A stretch of 64,000 nucleotides of DNA, taken from positions 25,701 to 89,700 of the forward strand of contig JBDHAB010000018.1 in the NCBI GenBank assembly GCA_039588295.1. The letters run 5' to 3'. Source of the stretch: Gemmatimonadota bacterium. Lineage in GTDB: Bacteria; Gemmatimonadota; Gemmatimonadetes; Gemmatimonadales; GWC2-71-9. The notes under the pieces are model-generated. The model saw nothing but the letters and a program-made list of their open reading frames with translations, made no database searches and had not been told where the DNA came from. Position numbers and translations under genes: made by a program. Below, piece by piece: positions 50,794-60,969 of the stretch; the first letter of the stretch is position 1; every line of letters starts with the position of its first letter.

Positions 50794-51782
50794 GCAACAG
50801 CCCCGTCGCCGGCCAACTCCGCGGCAATGTGCAGGCTCAACTGACTCTCGACCGCCTGAACCGCGACTCCGATGGCATTCTTGATTGCTCGGGGCGGAGA
50901 ACTGCCGTGACAGATGATCGACACTCCGCGCACTCCCAGCAGCGGCGCCCCGCCATACTCGGAATAATCCAGCACCTTGAAGATGCGCCGCATGCCGTCT
51001 CCGGCGAGCACCTCCTGCTCCATCTCACCTTCCAGCATGTCACGGAACAAGTGGGCAACCGTCTCGTAGAACTTGAGCATGACGTTTCCCACAAACCCAT
51101 CGCAGACCACAACATCACAGGCACCGCTCAGGATGTCCCGCCCTTCGACGTTGCCGACAAAGTGAATACCGTGGTCCTCCTTGAGCAGCGCATGGGCACC
51201 TCGGACCGCGCTGTTCCCCTTGTCCTCTTCCTCACCGATGTTGAGCAGGCCCACGCTCGGCTTGGGACGTCCCAGCACGTCCCGCGCGTACACCGAGCCA
51301 ATGTGAGCGAAGCCGCGAAGCTCCCGCGGACTGCAGTCGATGTTGGCGCCAGCGTCCAGGACGAGCGTAGACGTGGTCCGCGTCGGGAACAGCGCGCCGA
51401 TCGCCGGTCGCTCGACCCCGTGATGCAGTCCCAGCAGGAGCCTGCTCCCCGCCATGACCGCCCCGGTATTGCCAGCGGAGATGAACGCGTCCGCTCGACC
51501 TTCCTTCTGCAGCTCGAGGCCTACGCGAATGGAGGAGTGGCGTTTCCCCCGAATGGCGGCGAGCGGCTTCTCACTCATCTCGATCACGTCCGCCGCGTCC
51601 ACGACACAGATCCGCGCATCGGCCACCTCGTGCTTCCTGAGCTCGCCTTCGACCTCGGCACGGCGGCCGACAAGATGGATCTCGCAAGACGTCGGCAGCT
51701 CCTCGATGGCCTGCGCCGCTCCCAGAACCGGCGCAGCTGGCGCGTCGTCACCGCCCATCGCGTCCAACGCGATCCGAATCAC
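50790..51782 (-). CDS. plsX: Phosphate acyltransferase PlsX
   Basis: IALDAMGGD, SAGNTGA, LDAGAN, LLNIGEE..KG, DGFVGN, GGAPLLG, HGSS. Confidence 0.96.
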   Translation of the reverse strand: MIRIALDAMGGDDAPAAPVLGAAQAIEELPTSCEIHLVGRRAEVEGELRKHEVADARICVVDAADVIEMSEKPLAAIRGKRHSSIRVGLELQKEGRADAFISAGNTGAVMAGSRLLLGLHHGVERPAIGALFPTRTTSTLVLDAGANIDCSPRELRGFAHIGSVYARDVLGRPKPSVGLLNIGEEEDKGNSAVRGAHALLKEDHGIHFVGNVEGRDILSGACDVVVCDGFVGNVMLKFYETVAHLFRDMLEGEMEQEVLAGDGMRRIFKVLDYSEYGGAPLLGVRGVSIICHGSSPPRAIKNAIGVAVQAVESQLSLHIAAELAGDGAVA

Positions 51783-51784
51783 GC

Positions 51785-51967
51785 TTACTCTTCCTCGACC
51801 TCGATCCTCTGCTTGCCGCCGTAGTAGCCACACGTAGGACACACGTGATGCGGGCGGCGCGGGTCACCACATCGCGGACACGGCTGTAACGCAGCCATCT
51901 TGGCCCGATCGTGCGTGCGCCGTTTGCGCTTCCGCTCCTTGGATGTGCGACGCTTGGGAACAGCCAT
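51785..51967 (-). CDS. rpmF: 50S ribosomal protein L32
   Basis: MAVPKRRTSK..KRRTH, CPRC..H.VCPTCG.Y; GGAGAGG RBS. Confidence 0.96.
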   Translation of the reverse strand: MAVPKRRTSKERKRKRRTHDRAKMAALQPCPRCGDPRRPHHVCPTCGYYGGKQRIEVEEE

Positions 51968-51980
51968 ACCTCTCCGTCTC

Positions 51981-52487
51981 CTATTGCGGCCGCTTCTCCT
52001 GCAATGCCCGCAAGGCCGCCCACCGTGGGTCTGCCTCCGGCTCGCAAGCGCAAGGGCCTTCGTTCAAGTCCTTACCACACCGCGCGCAGAGCCCCTGGCA
52101 CCCTTCGCGACACAACACATACTCGGGGACCGCAAGGAGAAGCTCTTCACGCACCATACTGCCCAGATCCAGCTCAGCGACATCACGCGCAATCAGATAC
52201 GTCGAGGGATCGTCCTCGCCGGAGTCATCTGCAAACACCGCACGGACCTCCGTACGAATCTCGACCGCCACCGACGTCAAACACCGCCGACAACTCGCCG
52301 CGATCGTTGTCCGCAGCTTCCCGTGCCAGTAGAACCGGCCGACGCCGCTGTCCGTCAGGCGCCCGCTAACATGCAGCGGCTTCGCAAGCGCGAAGGCCAG
52401 CTCTGCCAACAACGGATCGTCGACGGCGACGACCGCGTCAGTCTCGACTGGACCTTCGACAATTGCGCGCAAATCGACGCGCAGCAT
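51981..52487 (-). CDS. YceD/DUF177 family protein
   Basis: CRRCL, E.LLL.VP...LC...C.GLC..CG.DLN, DPRWAAL; directly upstream of rpmF. Confidence 0.93.
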   Translation of the reverse strand: MLRVDLRAIVEGPVETDAVVAVDDPLLAELAFALAKPLHVSGRLTDSGVGRFYWHGKLRTTIAASCRRCLTSVAVEIRTEVRAVFADDSGEDDPSTYLIARDVAELDLGSMVREELLLAVPEYVLCREGCQGLCARCGKDLNEGPCACEPEADPRWAALRALQEKRPQ

Positions 52488-52495
52488 AGCCAGTT

Positions 52496-52524
52496 AACCT
52501 AGTCGTGCCCTCAACGGGCGTCAA
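52496..52524 (-). promoter_or_regulatory. Putative sigma70 promoter of the yceD-rpmF-plsX-fab operon
   Basis: Minus strand TTGACG-N17-TAGGTT, 8 nt before the ATG. Confidence 0.65.
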
Positions 52525-52952
52525 ACCGGACTACCCCACAGGCCGCAAAGCTCTCCCTCCGCGACGAAGAACCCGATCTCCCGCTGCGCGTTGTCCGGCG
52601 AATCGGACGCATGGATCGCATTCCGCTCCTTCGATTCGGCGTACCGTCGCCGAACCGTTCCTTGGGCTGCCTCCGCCGGGTCGGTGGCACCGATCGCCAC
52701 GCGCAGGTGCTCGACCGCATTGTCCCGCTCCAGCACCACGGGCAGACACGGTCCGGAGGTCATGAAGCGAACCAGTGACGTGAAGAACGGTCGTCCCTTG
52801 TGGACCGCGTAGAACGCCTCCGCCTCGTCCTGCGTAAGGCGCACCATGTGGGCCGCCCGAACCGAGAAGCCCTCACTTTCGAGATGCGCCAGAATCTTAC
52901 CAATCAGACCGGCCGCCACAGCGTCGGGCTTGATAATCGCAAGCGTCTGCAT
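52521..52952 (-). CDS. ndk: Nucleoside diphosphate kinase
   Basis: IIKPDAV, FY..HKGRPFF, GATDP, NAIHASDS. Confidence 0.97.
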   Translation of the reverse strand: MQTLAIIKPDAVAAGLIGKILAHLESEGFSVRAAHMVRLTQDEAEAFYAVHKGRPFFTSLVRFMTSGPCLPVVLERDNAVEHLRVAIGATDPAEAAQGTVRRRYAESKERNAIHASDSPDNAQREIGFFVAEGELCGLWGSPV

Positions 52953-53021
52953 GACTCGTATTCACTCCACCCATGATCGACGGTAGATGACCGGCGGTGC
53001 CGACGGCGGACGTCCCTGAAT

Positions 53022-53921
53022 TCACCTCCCGAACAGGCGGCGCACGATGTCGCCGCGCGTCAGAAAACCGACCAGGGTCCCATCGTGCACGACCGGGAAG
53101 CGTTCGATGCTCCGCGTAAGCATCATCGAGGCGATGTCAGCAAGCGTCTGCTCCTCCGAGATACAGAGCACGCTTCGGTCCATCACCTCACGTACGGGGA
53201 TCGCGTGCGGATCCGGCACCTCGCTGCTTCCTCGGGGCGCGGCCCGGAGCTCGCCGGTGCTCTCGCGCTTGACATACGCAGGCAGCAGATGCCCCAGCAG
53301 CTCTTGATGGGTCACCATGCCAAGGACCTCCCCCGACTCCGCCACGACGGGAAGCGCCGCCACATCATGCGCCACCATGAGTTTGGCGGCCTCTCCCAAC
53401 ACCATGTCCGGCCGGAGCGACAGGCGCCGGCGAACCATGACATCCCGCACGGTCAGATAACCGGGGAGTTCGATATCCGCCAACGGGGCGGCCTGGACGA
53501 TGTCATCCGCCTCCTTGGCGGCAAGCATCGCGTCCGTCACTTCGCGTCTGCTCAATGCGCGAGCGAATGTGCTGACCGCCCGCAAATGTGCCGAACTCTC
53601 TCCCGGGGGAGCGACCAGCAAGATCACAATGCGCGCCTCTAGCTCCCCCTCGGGATGGCGCCTCAGGCCCTTTGGCGCGACACCGACCGCAGCAGAGAGC
53701 CGTCTCACCGCGTCGGTCCGATAGTGCAGCAGGAATGCCTCGCCAACCGTCACCACGTCCCTCGGCAACGCGCTCAGCACGAGCTTCCGCAAGGCCGCTG
53801 GGTCCGCCACGACACCGCTTTGGACCATGGCATCGACGAGCGCGCGCGCTGCCTCCGCGAGGGACGGATCCTCGAGCGGCAACACAACGCGCCGGGCGTC
53901 GAGAAGCTCGATCAGTTTCAT
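53022..53921 (-). CDS. PTS EIIA type-2-like domain fused to a CBS pair
   Basis: N-terminal EIIA(Ntr/Fru)-like pattern (AFLLH, IVILLVAP, HLRAVS), then TVRDVM..LPVV..GMVT and PVREVM..FPVV..GFLTRGD. Confidence 0.8.
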   Translation of the reverse strand: MKLIELLDARRVVLPLEDPSLAEAARALVDAMVQSGVVADPAALRKLVLSALPRDVVTVGEAFLLHYRTDAVRRLSAAVGVAPKGLRRHPEGELEARIVILLVAPPGESSAHLRAVSTFARALSRREVTDAMLAAKEADDIVQAAPLADIELPGYLTVRDVMVRRRLSLRPDMVLGEAAKLMVAHDVAALPVVAESGEVLGMVTHQELLGHLLPAYVKRESTGELRAAPRGSSEVPDPHAIPVREVMDRSVLCISEEQTLADIASMMLTRSIERFPVVHDGTLVGFLTRGDIVRRLFGR

Positions 53922-53937
53922 AGCAACGGTTCCGCGC

Positions 53938-54825
53938 TCACACCGTATGGTGCGACGCCACGCGTTCCTGGAGCAGTGCAACGACTTCGGCTGGTCGCTT
54001 CATCACGCTTATCCCCGCGCGCTCGAACGCCACCATCTTCTCCGCCGCCGTCCCCGAGGACCCCGAGATGATGGCACCCGCATGCCCCATGCGACGACCG
54101 GGAGGAGCCGTCTGGCCAGCGATGAAACCGACGACCGGCTTCGTCACCTCGGCCGCCACAAACTCCGCCGCCTGCTGCTCATCGGTTCCCCCGATCTCAC
54201 CAATCATCACGATCGCCTCGGTGGCAGCGTCGGCCTCGAACGCCGTCAGACAGTCAATGAAGTTGGTGCCGATCAGCGGGTCCCCGCCGATTCCAATACA
54301 CGTGGACTGCCCATACAGGTGCTTCGACAGCTGATGAATCACTTCATAGGTGAGCGTGCCGCTCCGGGAAACTACCCCGATCGTCCCCTCGGCACAGATC
54401 TGTCCCGGAATGATACCGACCTTGGACTGTCCCGGCGAGATGACGCCTGGGCAATTCGGTCCGATGAGACCTACCCCGCGATCCCGCAGGTAGGGCAATA
54501 CCCGCGTCATCTCGAGAACCGGCACCCCCTCCGTGATACACACGATCAGCGCGATTCCGGCGTCGGCCGCTTCGTACATCGCGTCGACGGCAAACCGGCT
54601 CGGCACGTAGATCACTGCGGCGTTCGCGCCGGTCGTGGAAACCGCTTCGGTCACCGTATCGAAGATCGGAACCGCGTCATCGAATTGCTGTCCGCCCTTT
54701 CCGGGGGTCACGCCGGCAACTACCTGCGTGCCATACTCTCGCATCTCACGGGTGTGGAACGACCCGTCACGGCCCGTGATCCCCTGCACCAGCAGTTTGG
54801 TGTTGTGATCGATGAAGATGCTCAC
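53938..54825 (-). CDS. sucD: Succinyl-CoA synthetase alpha subunit
   Basis: [38 protein letters not shown]. Confidence 0.97.
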   Translation of the reverse strand: MSIFIDHNTKLLVQGITGRDGSFHTREMREYGTQVVAGVTPGKGGQQFDDAVPIFDTVTEAVSTTGANAAVIYVPSRFAVDAMYEAADAGIALIVCITEGVPVLEMTRVLPYLRDRGVGLIGPNCPGVISPGQSKVGIIPGQICAEGTIGVVSRSGTLTYEVIHQLSKHLYGQSTCIGIGGDPLIGTNFIDCLTAFEADAATEAIVMIGEIGGTDEQQAAEFVAAEVTKPVVGFIAGQTAPPGRRMGHAGAIISGSSGTAAEKMVAFERAGISVMKRPAEVVALLQERVASHHTV

Positions 54826-55961
54826 GCCGCCTCCCGCGCCAATTTCACCGCCTGCTGCACCGCCTCATCCATATCGGTCAACGCCTCGAACCCTGCCTTC
54901 CTCAGGATATCGACCGCGATCTCCTCGTTCGTACCGGTGAGCCGAATCACCATCGGACGGGCGAGCTTGGTGCCCGCCGTTGCCGACACGACACCGTTCG
55001 CCACGTCATCGCAACGCGTGATTCCGCCGAAGATATTGAAGAGAATACTCTTCACGTTGGGATCACCGGTGATGATCTTCAGCGCCGTGACCACCTTCTG
55101 CGGACTGCTACTGCCCCCGATATCGAGAAAGTTAGCGGGCTCCCCGCCATAGAACTTGACCAGATCCATCGTTGCCATGGCCAGGCCCGCACCGTTGACA
55201 CAACACCCGACGTTACCATCGAGCTTGATGTACGAGAGGCCCGCCTCCCGCGCCTCCACCTCGGCGGGATCCTCCGCCGTCAGATCGCGGAGTTCCCTGA
55301 TCGCCGGTCGACGTTCGAGCTCACTATCGTCCACGACGATCTTCGCATCGAGCGCTATCACCGCTCCTTCGCGCGTCGTGATCAGCGGATTGATCTCGGC
55401 AAGCGAGCCACCCGCGTCCGCAAACGCCCGATAGAGTTGCTGCATGATGGTCGCGGCCTGGCGAACCTGGCTGATGTTCTCGTAGAGCCTGAACGCGAGC
55501 ACCATGGCCTGGTGGGATAGAAGACCGTATCGAGGGTCGATCGCCGCCTTGAAGATCTTCTCCGGCGTCTTCGCGGCCACTTCCTCGATGTCCACCCCAC
55601 CCGCCGGGCTCACCATCATGACGGGTTGCTGTGACACTCGGTCCACGATGACGCCGACATAGCTCTCTGTCGCGATGTCCTCCGCTGGTACGACAAGGAC
55701 CTTCTCCACCGTAAGACCTTTGATCCGCATGCCCAGGATCTTCTCAGCCACTTCACGGGCTTCCGACGCATCCGCGGCGATCTTCACGCCCCCCGCCTTG
55801 CCTCGCCCGCCCGTATGCACTTGCGCCTTCACGACGACCGGCCGCCCCAGATGTTGCGCGATTTGTTTGACTTCGTCCGGCGTCGTCGCCACAGCGCCGT
55901 CCGGCACCGGAATGCCGGCGTCCTTCAACAGCGCCCGCGCCTGATACTCGTGTAGGTTCAC
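54822..55961 (-). CDS. sucC: Succinyl-CoA synthetase beta subunit
   Basis: [43 protein letters not shown]. Confidence 0.97.
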   Translation of the reverse strand: MNLHEYQARALLKDAGIPVPDGAVATTPDEVKQIAQHLGRPVVVKAQVHTGGRGKAGGVKIAADASEAREVAEKILGMRIKGLTVEKVLVVPAEDIATESYVGVIVDRVSQQPVMMVSPAGGVDIEEVAAKTPEKIFKAAIDPRYGLLSHQAMVLAFRLYENISQVRQAATIMQQLYRAFADAGGSLAEINPLITTREGAVIALDAKIVVDDSELERRPAIRELRDLTAEDPAEVEAREAGLSYIKLDGNVGCCVNGAGLAMATMDLVKFYGGEPANFLDIGGSSSPQKVVTALKIITGDPNVKSILFNIFGGITRCDDVANGVVSATAGTKLARPMVIRLTGTNEEIAVDILRKAGFEALTDMDEAVQQAVKLAREAA

Positions 55962-55962
55962 G

Positions 55963-56952
55963 TCACCCCTCCTCGATCATCGTTCCCGCCTCGCCCCGCA
56001 TTGCCACGAGGCTGTCCTCAAGTCGCGCTATGATCGTGCGCCGACCACCACCCCGTAGAAACACGAGCGCGGCTTCCACCTTGGGACGCATGCTGCCCTC
56101 TCCCAACTCGCCTGCCTCCAACAACGCCTCCGCCTCACCCACGCTCAGCCTCCGGATCGGTTCGGCCGTCGGTGTCCCCCAGCCCCGATACACGGCGTCG
56201 ACATTGGTGAGGATCAAGAGCGCGTCCGCTTCCAGGCGGCACCCCAGAATCGCCGCCACACGATCCTTGTCCACGACGGCGTCGACCCCCTCCCACGATA
56301 GCTGCTCGTCGAAACAGACCGGCGGTCCGCCACCGCCTGCGGCAATCACGATCTTCCCCTCCCGCACCAGTCGCTTGACGGCGTCCGCTTCCACGACATG
56401 CCGGGGATCAGGGCTGGGCGCGAGACGACGCCAGCGTCCCCGCGCATCCTGCCCGACGGCCACCACTCGCCGGCGAAGACGTTCCACGATCTCCGGTGTC
56501 AACGCGTGACCGATCGGCTTGGTCGGGTGTGCCAAGGCAGGGTCGTCCCGGTCCACCTGGGTCTGCGTGATGATGGTGAGGACTTCCCGTCGAACTCCCG
56601 CCCTCAACAGCGCATTCTGCAACGACTGCTGAATCATGTAACCGATCCACCCGGCCGTCGCTGCCACCAGCACCCCCAGCGGGAGTGGCTCAACGCGCTC
56701 GTGGGCCAACTCGTTGCGGTCGAGCTCGTCTCCCACCTGCGGCCCATTCCCGTGTACGATCGCGATCTGCCAACCGTCCTGCGCCAGCTGCACAACCGCA
56801 CCGAGCGACTCCCGGGTATGACGGAACTGCGTGTGAATCGTCGCACGCTCACCAGGGGGCGCAAGCGCGTTGCCGCCAAGCGCGATGACGATCGTACCGG
56901 TCGAGGACGTCACAGGACCGTGCAAGCTAGCCGTTGCCTCCTCCGGCTTCAA
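55963..56952 (-). CDS. arcC: Carbamate kinase
   Basis: ALGGNAL, HGNGPQVG, PTKPIG, GGGG.PV, AVVDKD, GSMRPKVEA. Start uncertain. Confidence 0.92.
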   Translation of the reverse strand: MKPEEATASLHGPVTSSTGTIVIALGGNALAPPGERATIHTQFRHTRESLGAVVQLAQDGWQIAIVHGNGPQVGDELDRNELAHERVEPLPLGVLVAATAGWIGYMIQQSLQNALLRAGVRREVLTIITQTQVDRDDPALAHPTKPIGHALTPEIVERLRRRVVAVGQDARGRWRRLAPSPDPRHVVEADAVKRLVREGKIVIAAGGGGPPVCFDEQLSWEGVDAVVDKDRVAAILGCRLEADALLILTNVDAVYRGWGTPTAEPIRRLSVGEAEALLEAGELGEGSMRPKVEAALVFLRGGGRRTIIARLEDSLVAMRGEAGTMIEEG

Positions 56953-56958
56953 CCTGAT

Positions 56959-59535
56959 TCACGGCAACGTGTCGCTGGCACCGACGAGCAACCGCCGTAG
57001 CTCGTCATACGCACGGCCGAACGCGTTCCAGTCGCCCGCGCGCCGCGCCGCATCCATGCGCTCGAACCACTGCCGAGCCCGAAGCCACTCGCGCGAGCCA
57101 CCGCCGGCTGGCGACGTGGCTGCGCGAAGCCGTTCTGCCGCGTCACCGATCGTGGGGCCGTTGCCCACCGCGCCCCCGAGCGCCACGGCCACGTCAACGA
57201 GCTGCGGTACCGCACCCGCGTCCCCCGGTGAAACGTAGGTGCTCTGTACCGCCAGCACTCCCTCGGTCGATGGCACCATTCGGACCGCCCCCTCTAAGCC
57301 GGCAACATCGCCTCGAAGTCCCGCGAATTGCCGAGCGACTTGTGCCGGTCCCAACACCTCCGGGGGCCCCTCACTGCGGAAGAGTTCGAGCGAGAGGGCG
57401 CCGTCGCGCACGGTGCCATCCACCAGTGCTGCGAGCAACCCGGACTCCCGGATCTCCAATGGAGCCACGAGACGCAACCGCGGGACACTGTCCGATGCGG
57501 AGGTCCCGACCCACCAGTGGTATTCCTGGACGCCGGCCGACCCCGCGGCTCCCGCGACCGAGGCGAATGGGCGGTCAACCGGACCGGTGCGAAACGCCGA
57601 TCTCCGCAGCAGCTCAACTTGGACCGAGAGCAACGCCATCGGATACGGGAGATTGGGTAACAACTCGCGGGGAATCTGGCTCGCCGGCCGGACGATTTGA
57701 GGGAGCAGCTGCGCCCACGCGGAACCCAGCGGATCGGCTGACCGCAGCAGATACACCGCGGTTTCCCCCGAGCTTGCGTCGACAACGCCGATGAGATTCG
57801 ACCGAAGATAGCGAACGGTCTTGGTCCGCCATCGGGCGGCGGGTGCCAGCGGAAAGGCCTCGGCCGCGAGATAGCCGTTCGCGATCCAGTACAGGCGCCC
57901 GGCCGCCACCGTAGCGCGCGGGTGTCCAAAGCGCGCAAACGGCGCGTAGCGCTCCAACCGCTCGACCACATTGCGGTGCCACAGTACGAGCGACTGGTCG
58001 CTGACGGCGTCGGACGTGATCAGCCGCGGGCTCTGGAGGATCCACGCCAAGGCGATGCGGCGACGCACTCCCCCGAGCGGAACACCCACCGCTTGCTGAT
58101 CTCCTGCCGGCAACACGGCAAAGTCGGTGACGCCGGGGGCGAAGATGACGTCCGGTTGCCGTAGACCGAGTTCGGACACCTGTGGTGTGGCCGAATCCGC
58201 AGCATCGAGATCGGCCACGAAGAACGGGAGCCCCGTCTCGGAGACGCGATTGGCATGCACCGCCGCCGCACCTCTGGCGTAGGCCAGCGGTCCGATGTGC
58301 ACCTGCTCCCAGGACAGGTCCGCCTCCACCTCGCGTGCCGCGCTGAGCTCCACCTCGCGTGGTGCCACGTATGCCGCCACGGGCGGTCCCGATCTCGAAC
58401 CGTAGATCCCCAACGACGCTTGGGCGAACTGCGTGTGCGGATCCGGCGCGGCGATGCGATTCAGCAGCACCGTGACGGCAAAGGCATCCCACACGGGCAC
58501 CCGCGTGAGTTCGGAGGTTGCGCTAGGACGCGCGCGCAACTCGCGTGCCGGATCGAGTGGCGTGTCCGCATAGGTCGTTCCGTACGCGATCTCCTCAAAC
58601 TGGCGACGTTGCATCTCCACGTCCGCCACAACGAGGTCCTCGGGCGACCGTACCGCACCCGCAAAGGCCGGCACCACGTAGTGCCCGGCGAATGAACCCA
58701 GGGCCAGCAGCGTCCACGGGAGCAGCACCAACACAACCCGCTCGCTCCATAACCACAGGAGCGATCCCCCGACCACGAGCAAGGCGACGGCACTCAACAC
58801 GCGAGCGGCGGGAATCCGCACGGCCAGCAGCACAGCGTCCGCCGGCACCCCATGAACTCCCGCCACATACTCGGACGGCTCGATCCGATAGCCCCAAAAC
58901 AGCGCCAAGGCAAACGCGGCGCTGAGGCACGCCAGGTGCCAACGCGCGAGGTCGGTGACCTGGACGCGTCGCCGCGACCACCGCACGGCACCCAACGCGG
59001 CGTAGACCACCACGCACACGGCCAGGACGATGCCGGCGAGCGACGTGACGAACGCATGCTTTGTGCGTGTCCAGGGGAGATGGAACAGGTAGTCGCTCAG
59101 ATCCCGTTGCAGCACCGGGTCCGTGATCCCAAGCGGCGCCTCGAATCCCGTGAGCATGCGCGCCTGCCACCAATCACTCGCACCGCGAGTGAGCGCAACC
59201 GCCAGGCCGAGTCCCACGAGCACCGCGAGAACCAGCAGCAGTCGCCGCGGGACCGCTTCGAGAATCTCGAGATCGCCCAGCCGACGCGGGACGTGCACCG
59301 ATCGAATCGATCGGTACACGAGATACAGGTTCCCGACACACCACAGAGCGGCGGCCAAGAAGGCGAGCACCCACAGCGTGGAGCGCAGGCGCTCGATCTG
59401 ACCGAGCGTCGGGCCGACACCCAGCGCGTTCGCCCACAGCCCGTCAGCCGTGGTAACGGCCATCCACCGCCCCAACAGCAGCGCGGCGAACACCGCAACC
59501 ACCCCCGCCTGGAGCCACTGGCGAACGTTGGGCAC
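56959..59535 (-). CDS. UPF0182 family membrane protein (divergent)
   Basis: N-terminal TM bundle, DPV..RD.S.YLF.LP, RNV.ER....APF, GRLYW, YLR, VVDA..G, GDW.AFG. Confidence 0.8.
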   Translation of the reverse strand: MPNVRQWLQAGVVAVFAALLLGRWMAVTTADGLWANALGVGPTLGQIERLRSTLWVLAFLAAALWCVGNLYLVYRSIRSVHVPRRLGDLEILEAVPRRLLLVLAVLVGLGLAVALTRGASDWWQARMLTGFEAPLGITDPVLQRDLSDYLFHLPWTRTKHAFVTSLAGIVLAVCVVVYAALGAVRWSRRRVQVTDLARWHLACLSAAFALALFWGYRIEPSEYVAGVHGVPADAVLLAVRIPAARVLSAVALLVVGGSLLWLWSERVVLVLLPWTLLALGSFAGHYVVPAFAGAVRSPEDLVVADVEMQRRQFEEIAYGTTYADTPLDPARELRARPSATSELTRVPVWDAFAVTVLLNRIAAPDPHTQFAQASLGIYGSRSGPPVAAYVAPREVELSAAREVEADLSWEQVHIGPLAYARGAAAVHANRVSETGLPFFVADLDAADSATPQVSELGLRQPDVIFAPGVTDFAVLPAGDQQAVGVPLGGVRRRIALAWILQSPRLITSDAVSDQSLVLWHRNVVERLERYAPFARFGHPRATVAAGRLYWIANGYLAAEAFPLAPAARWRTKTVRYLRSNLIGVVDASSGETAVYLLRSADPLGSAWAQLLPQIVRPASQIPRELLPNLPYPMALLSVQVELLRRSAFRTGPVDRPFASVAGAAGSAGVQEYHWWVGTSASDSVPRLRLVAPLEIRESGLLAALVDGTVRDGALSLELFRSEGPPEVLGPAQVARQFAGLRGDVAGLEGAVRMVPSTEGVLAVQSTYVSPGDAGAVPQLVDVAVALGGAVGNGPTIGDAAERLRAATSPAGGGSREWLRARQWFERMDAARRAGDWNAFGRAYDELRRLLVGASDTLP

Positions 59536-59539
59536 GGTG

Positions 59540-60919
59540 CTACACCGCTACGCCCTGCTCCCGCAGCCAGCGTTCGACCTCGCCGCGGTAGTCGGCAAGG
59601 GCGCGTTCGTCCGCGGCTTCGAATCGCATCACCAACGCGGGCTGAGTGTTGGAGGCACGGATGAGGCCCCAGCCGCTGGGGAACGATACCCGCGCGCCGT
59701 CGAGCGTCAGAACCTCGTATCGGCGTGCGAAGTAGTGGGCAGCATCCTCGACAATCGCGAACTTTCGGTCGTCCGCACAATCGATCCGCAGCTCCGGCGT
59801 CGCGAACGTCTTCGGCAAGTCCGCCAAGAGCGCCGACAGGGGCCCGCCGTGACGAGCGATGTACGCCAGCAGGCGCGCAGCGGCGAAGAGGGCATCGTCG
59901 AAGCCGTAGTAGTCGTCACCGAAGAACATGTGTCCGCTCATTTCACCGGCAAGCGGCGCTCCCAGTTCCTTCATCTTCGCTTTGATCAGCGAGTGACCCG
60001 TCTTCCAAATCACGGGACGAAGCCCGGCGTCCGCCAATGCGTCCGACAGGACGTTGGAGCACTTCACGTCGAAGATGACGGGGTGGCCCGTCCCCCGTCG
60101 CTCGGCCAGATCCCGCCCGAGCAGCACGAGGATTTGATCGCCGAACACGATCGTACCGGCCTCGTCGACCGCACCGATGCGATCTCCGTCCCCGTCGAAC
60201 GCGATCCCCAGTTCGGCCCCGCTGCGACGCACCGCATCCTGCAGGTCCGCCAAGTACTGCGGAACCGTCGGATCCGGATGATGATTGGGAAAGGTGCCGT
60301 CAGACTCGCAGTACAACGGAACCACATCCGCACCCAACCTCGTCAGCACGGAGACCGCGGCGAGGCTTGCGGTGCCGTTTCCGCAATCGACCACGACGCG
60401 CACCGAACGGGCCATCGGTCCGATCCGGGAGACGATGGCGTCGGCGTACCGCTGCAGCACCGAGCTGTCGGCTTCGATAGTGCCGTGCCCGCTATCCAAC
60501 GCGTCCGATATGATCAGTCGGTAGAGTTCCTGGATATCGTCGCCATGGAGTGTTGACCCGGCGGCGACCATCTTGAAACCGTTGAACTCCGGTGGATTGT
60601 GCGAGCCCGTTACCTGGATTCCGCCGTCAACGCCGATCTCGTGCAGCGCGAGGTACAGAGCCGGAGTCGGCACCACGCCCAGGTCCACTGCCGTGCCGCC
60701 GGCACGCGAGACCCCGTCCCGAACGGCCCGAGCGAGGAGCTCGCCGGACGGCCGGTTGTCGCGGCCGACGGCCAGCCGGGGATCCCCGCCCCCGCCCATT
60801 CGGGCACGGGCGACGGTCGTCACCGCCCTGCCAAGGGCATGGGCCAGGGGAGCGGTCACCTGGTCCCCGACGACGCCCCGGATATCGTATTGGCGAAAAA
60901 TGACGGAAGGAACGTCCAT
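59540..60919 (-). CDS. Phosphomannomutase/phosphoglucomutase
   Basis: FRQYDIRG, TGSHNP, FPNHHPDP, FDGDGDR, GEMSGH, RASNTQP. Confidence 0.95.
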   Translation of the reverse strand: MDVPSVIFRQYDIRGVVGDQVTAPLAHALGRAVTTVARARMGGGGDPRLAVGRDNRPSGELLARAVRDGVSRAGGTAVDLGVVPTPALYLALHEIGVDGGIQVTGSHNPPEFNGFKMVAAGSTLHGDDIQELYRLIISDALDSGHGTIEADSSVLQRYADAIVSRIGPMARSVRVVVDCGNGTASLAAVSVLTRLGADVVPLYCESDGTFPNHHPDPTVPQYLADLQDAVRRSGAELGIAFDGDGDRIGAVDEAGTIVFGDQILVLLGRDLAERRGTGHPVIFDVKCSNVLSDALADAGLRPVIWKTGHSLIKAKMKELGAPLAGEMSGHMFFGDDYYGFDDALFAAARLLAYIARHGGPLSALLADLPKTFATPELRIDCADDRKFAIVEDAAHYFARRYEVLTLDGARVSFPSGWGLIRASNTQPALVMRFEAADERALADYRGEVERWLREQGVAV

Positions 60920-60969
60920 AGTGTCCTCGGGTGTCCCCGGGCTTCGGTGGCGCGCCCGGATCCGTGGGC

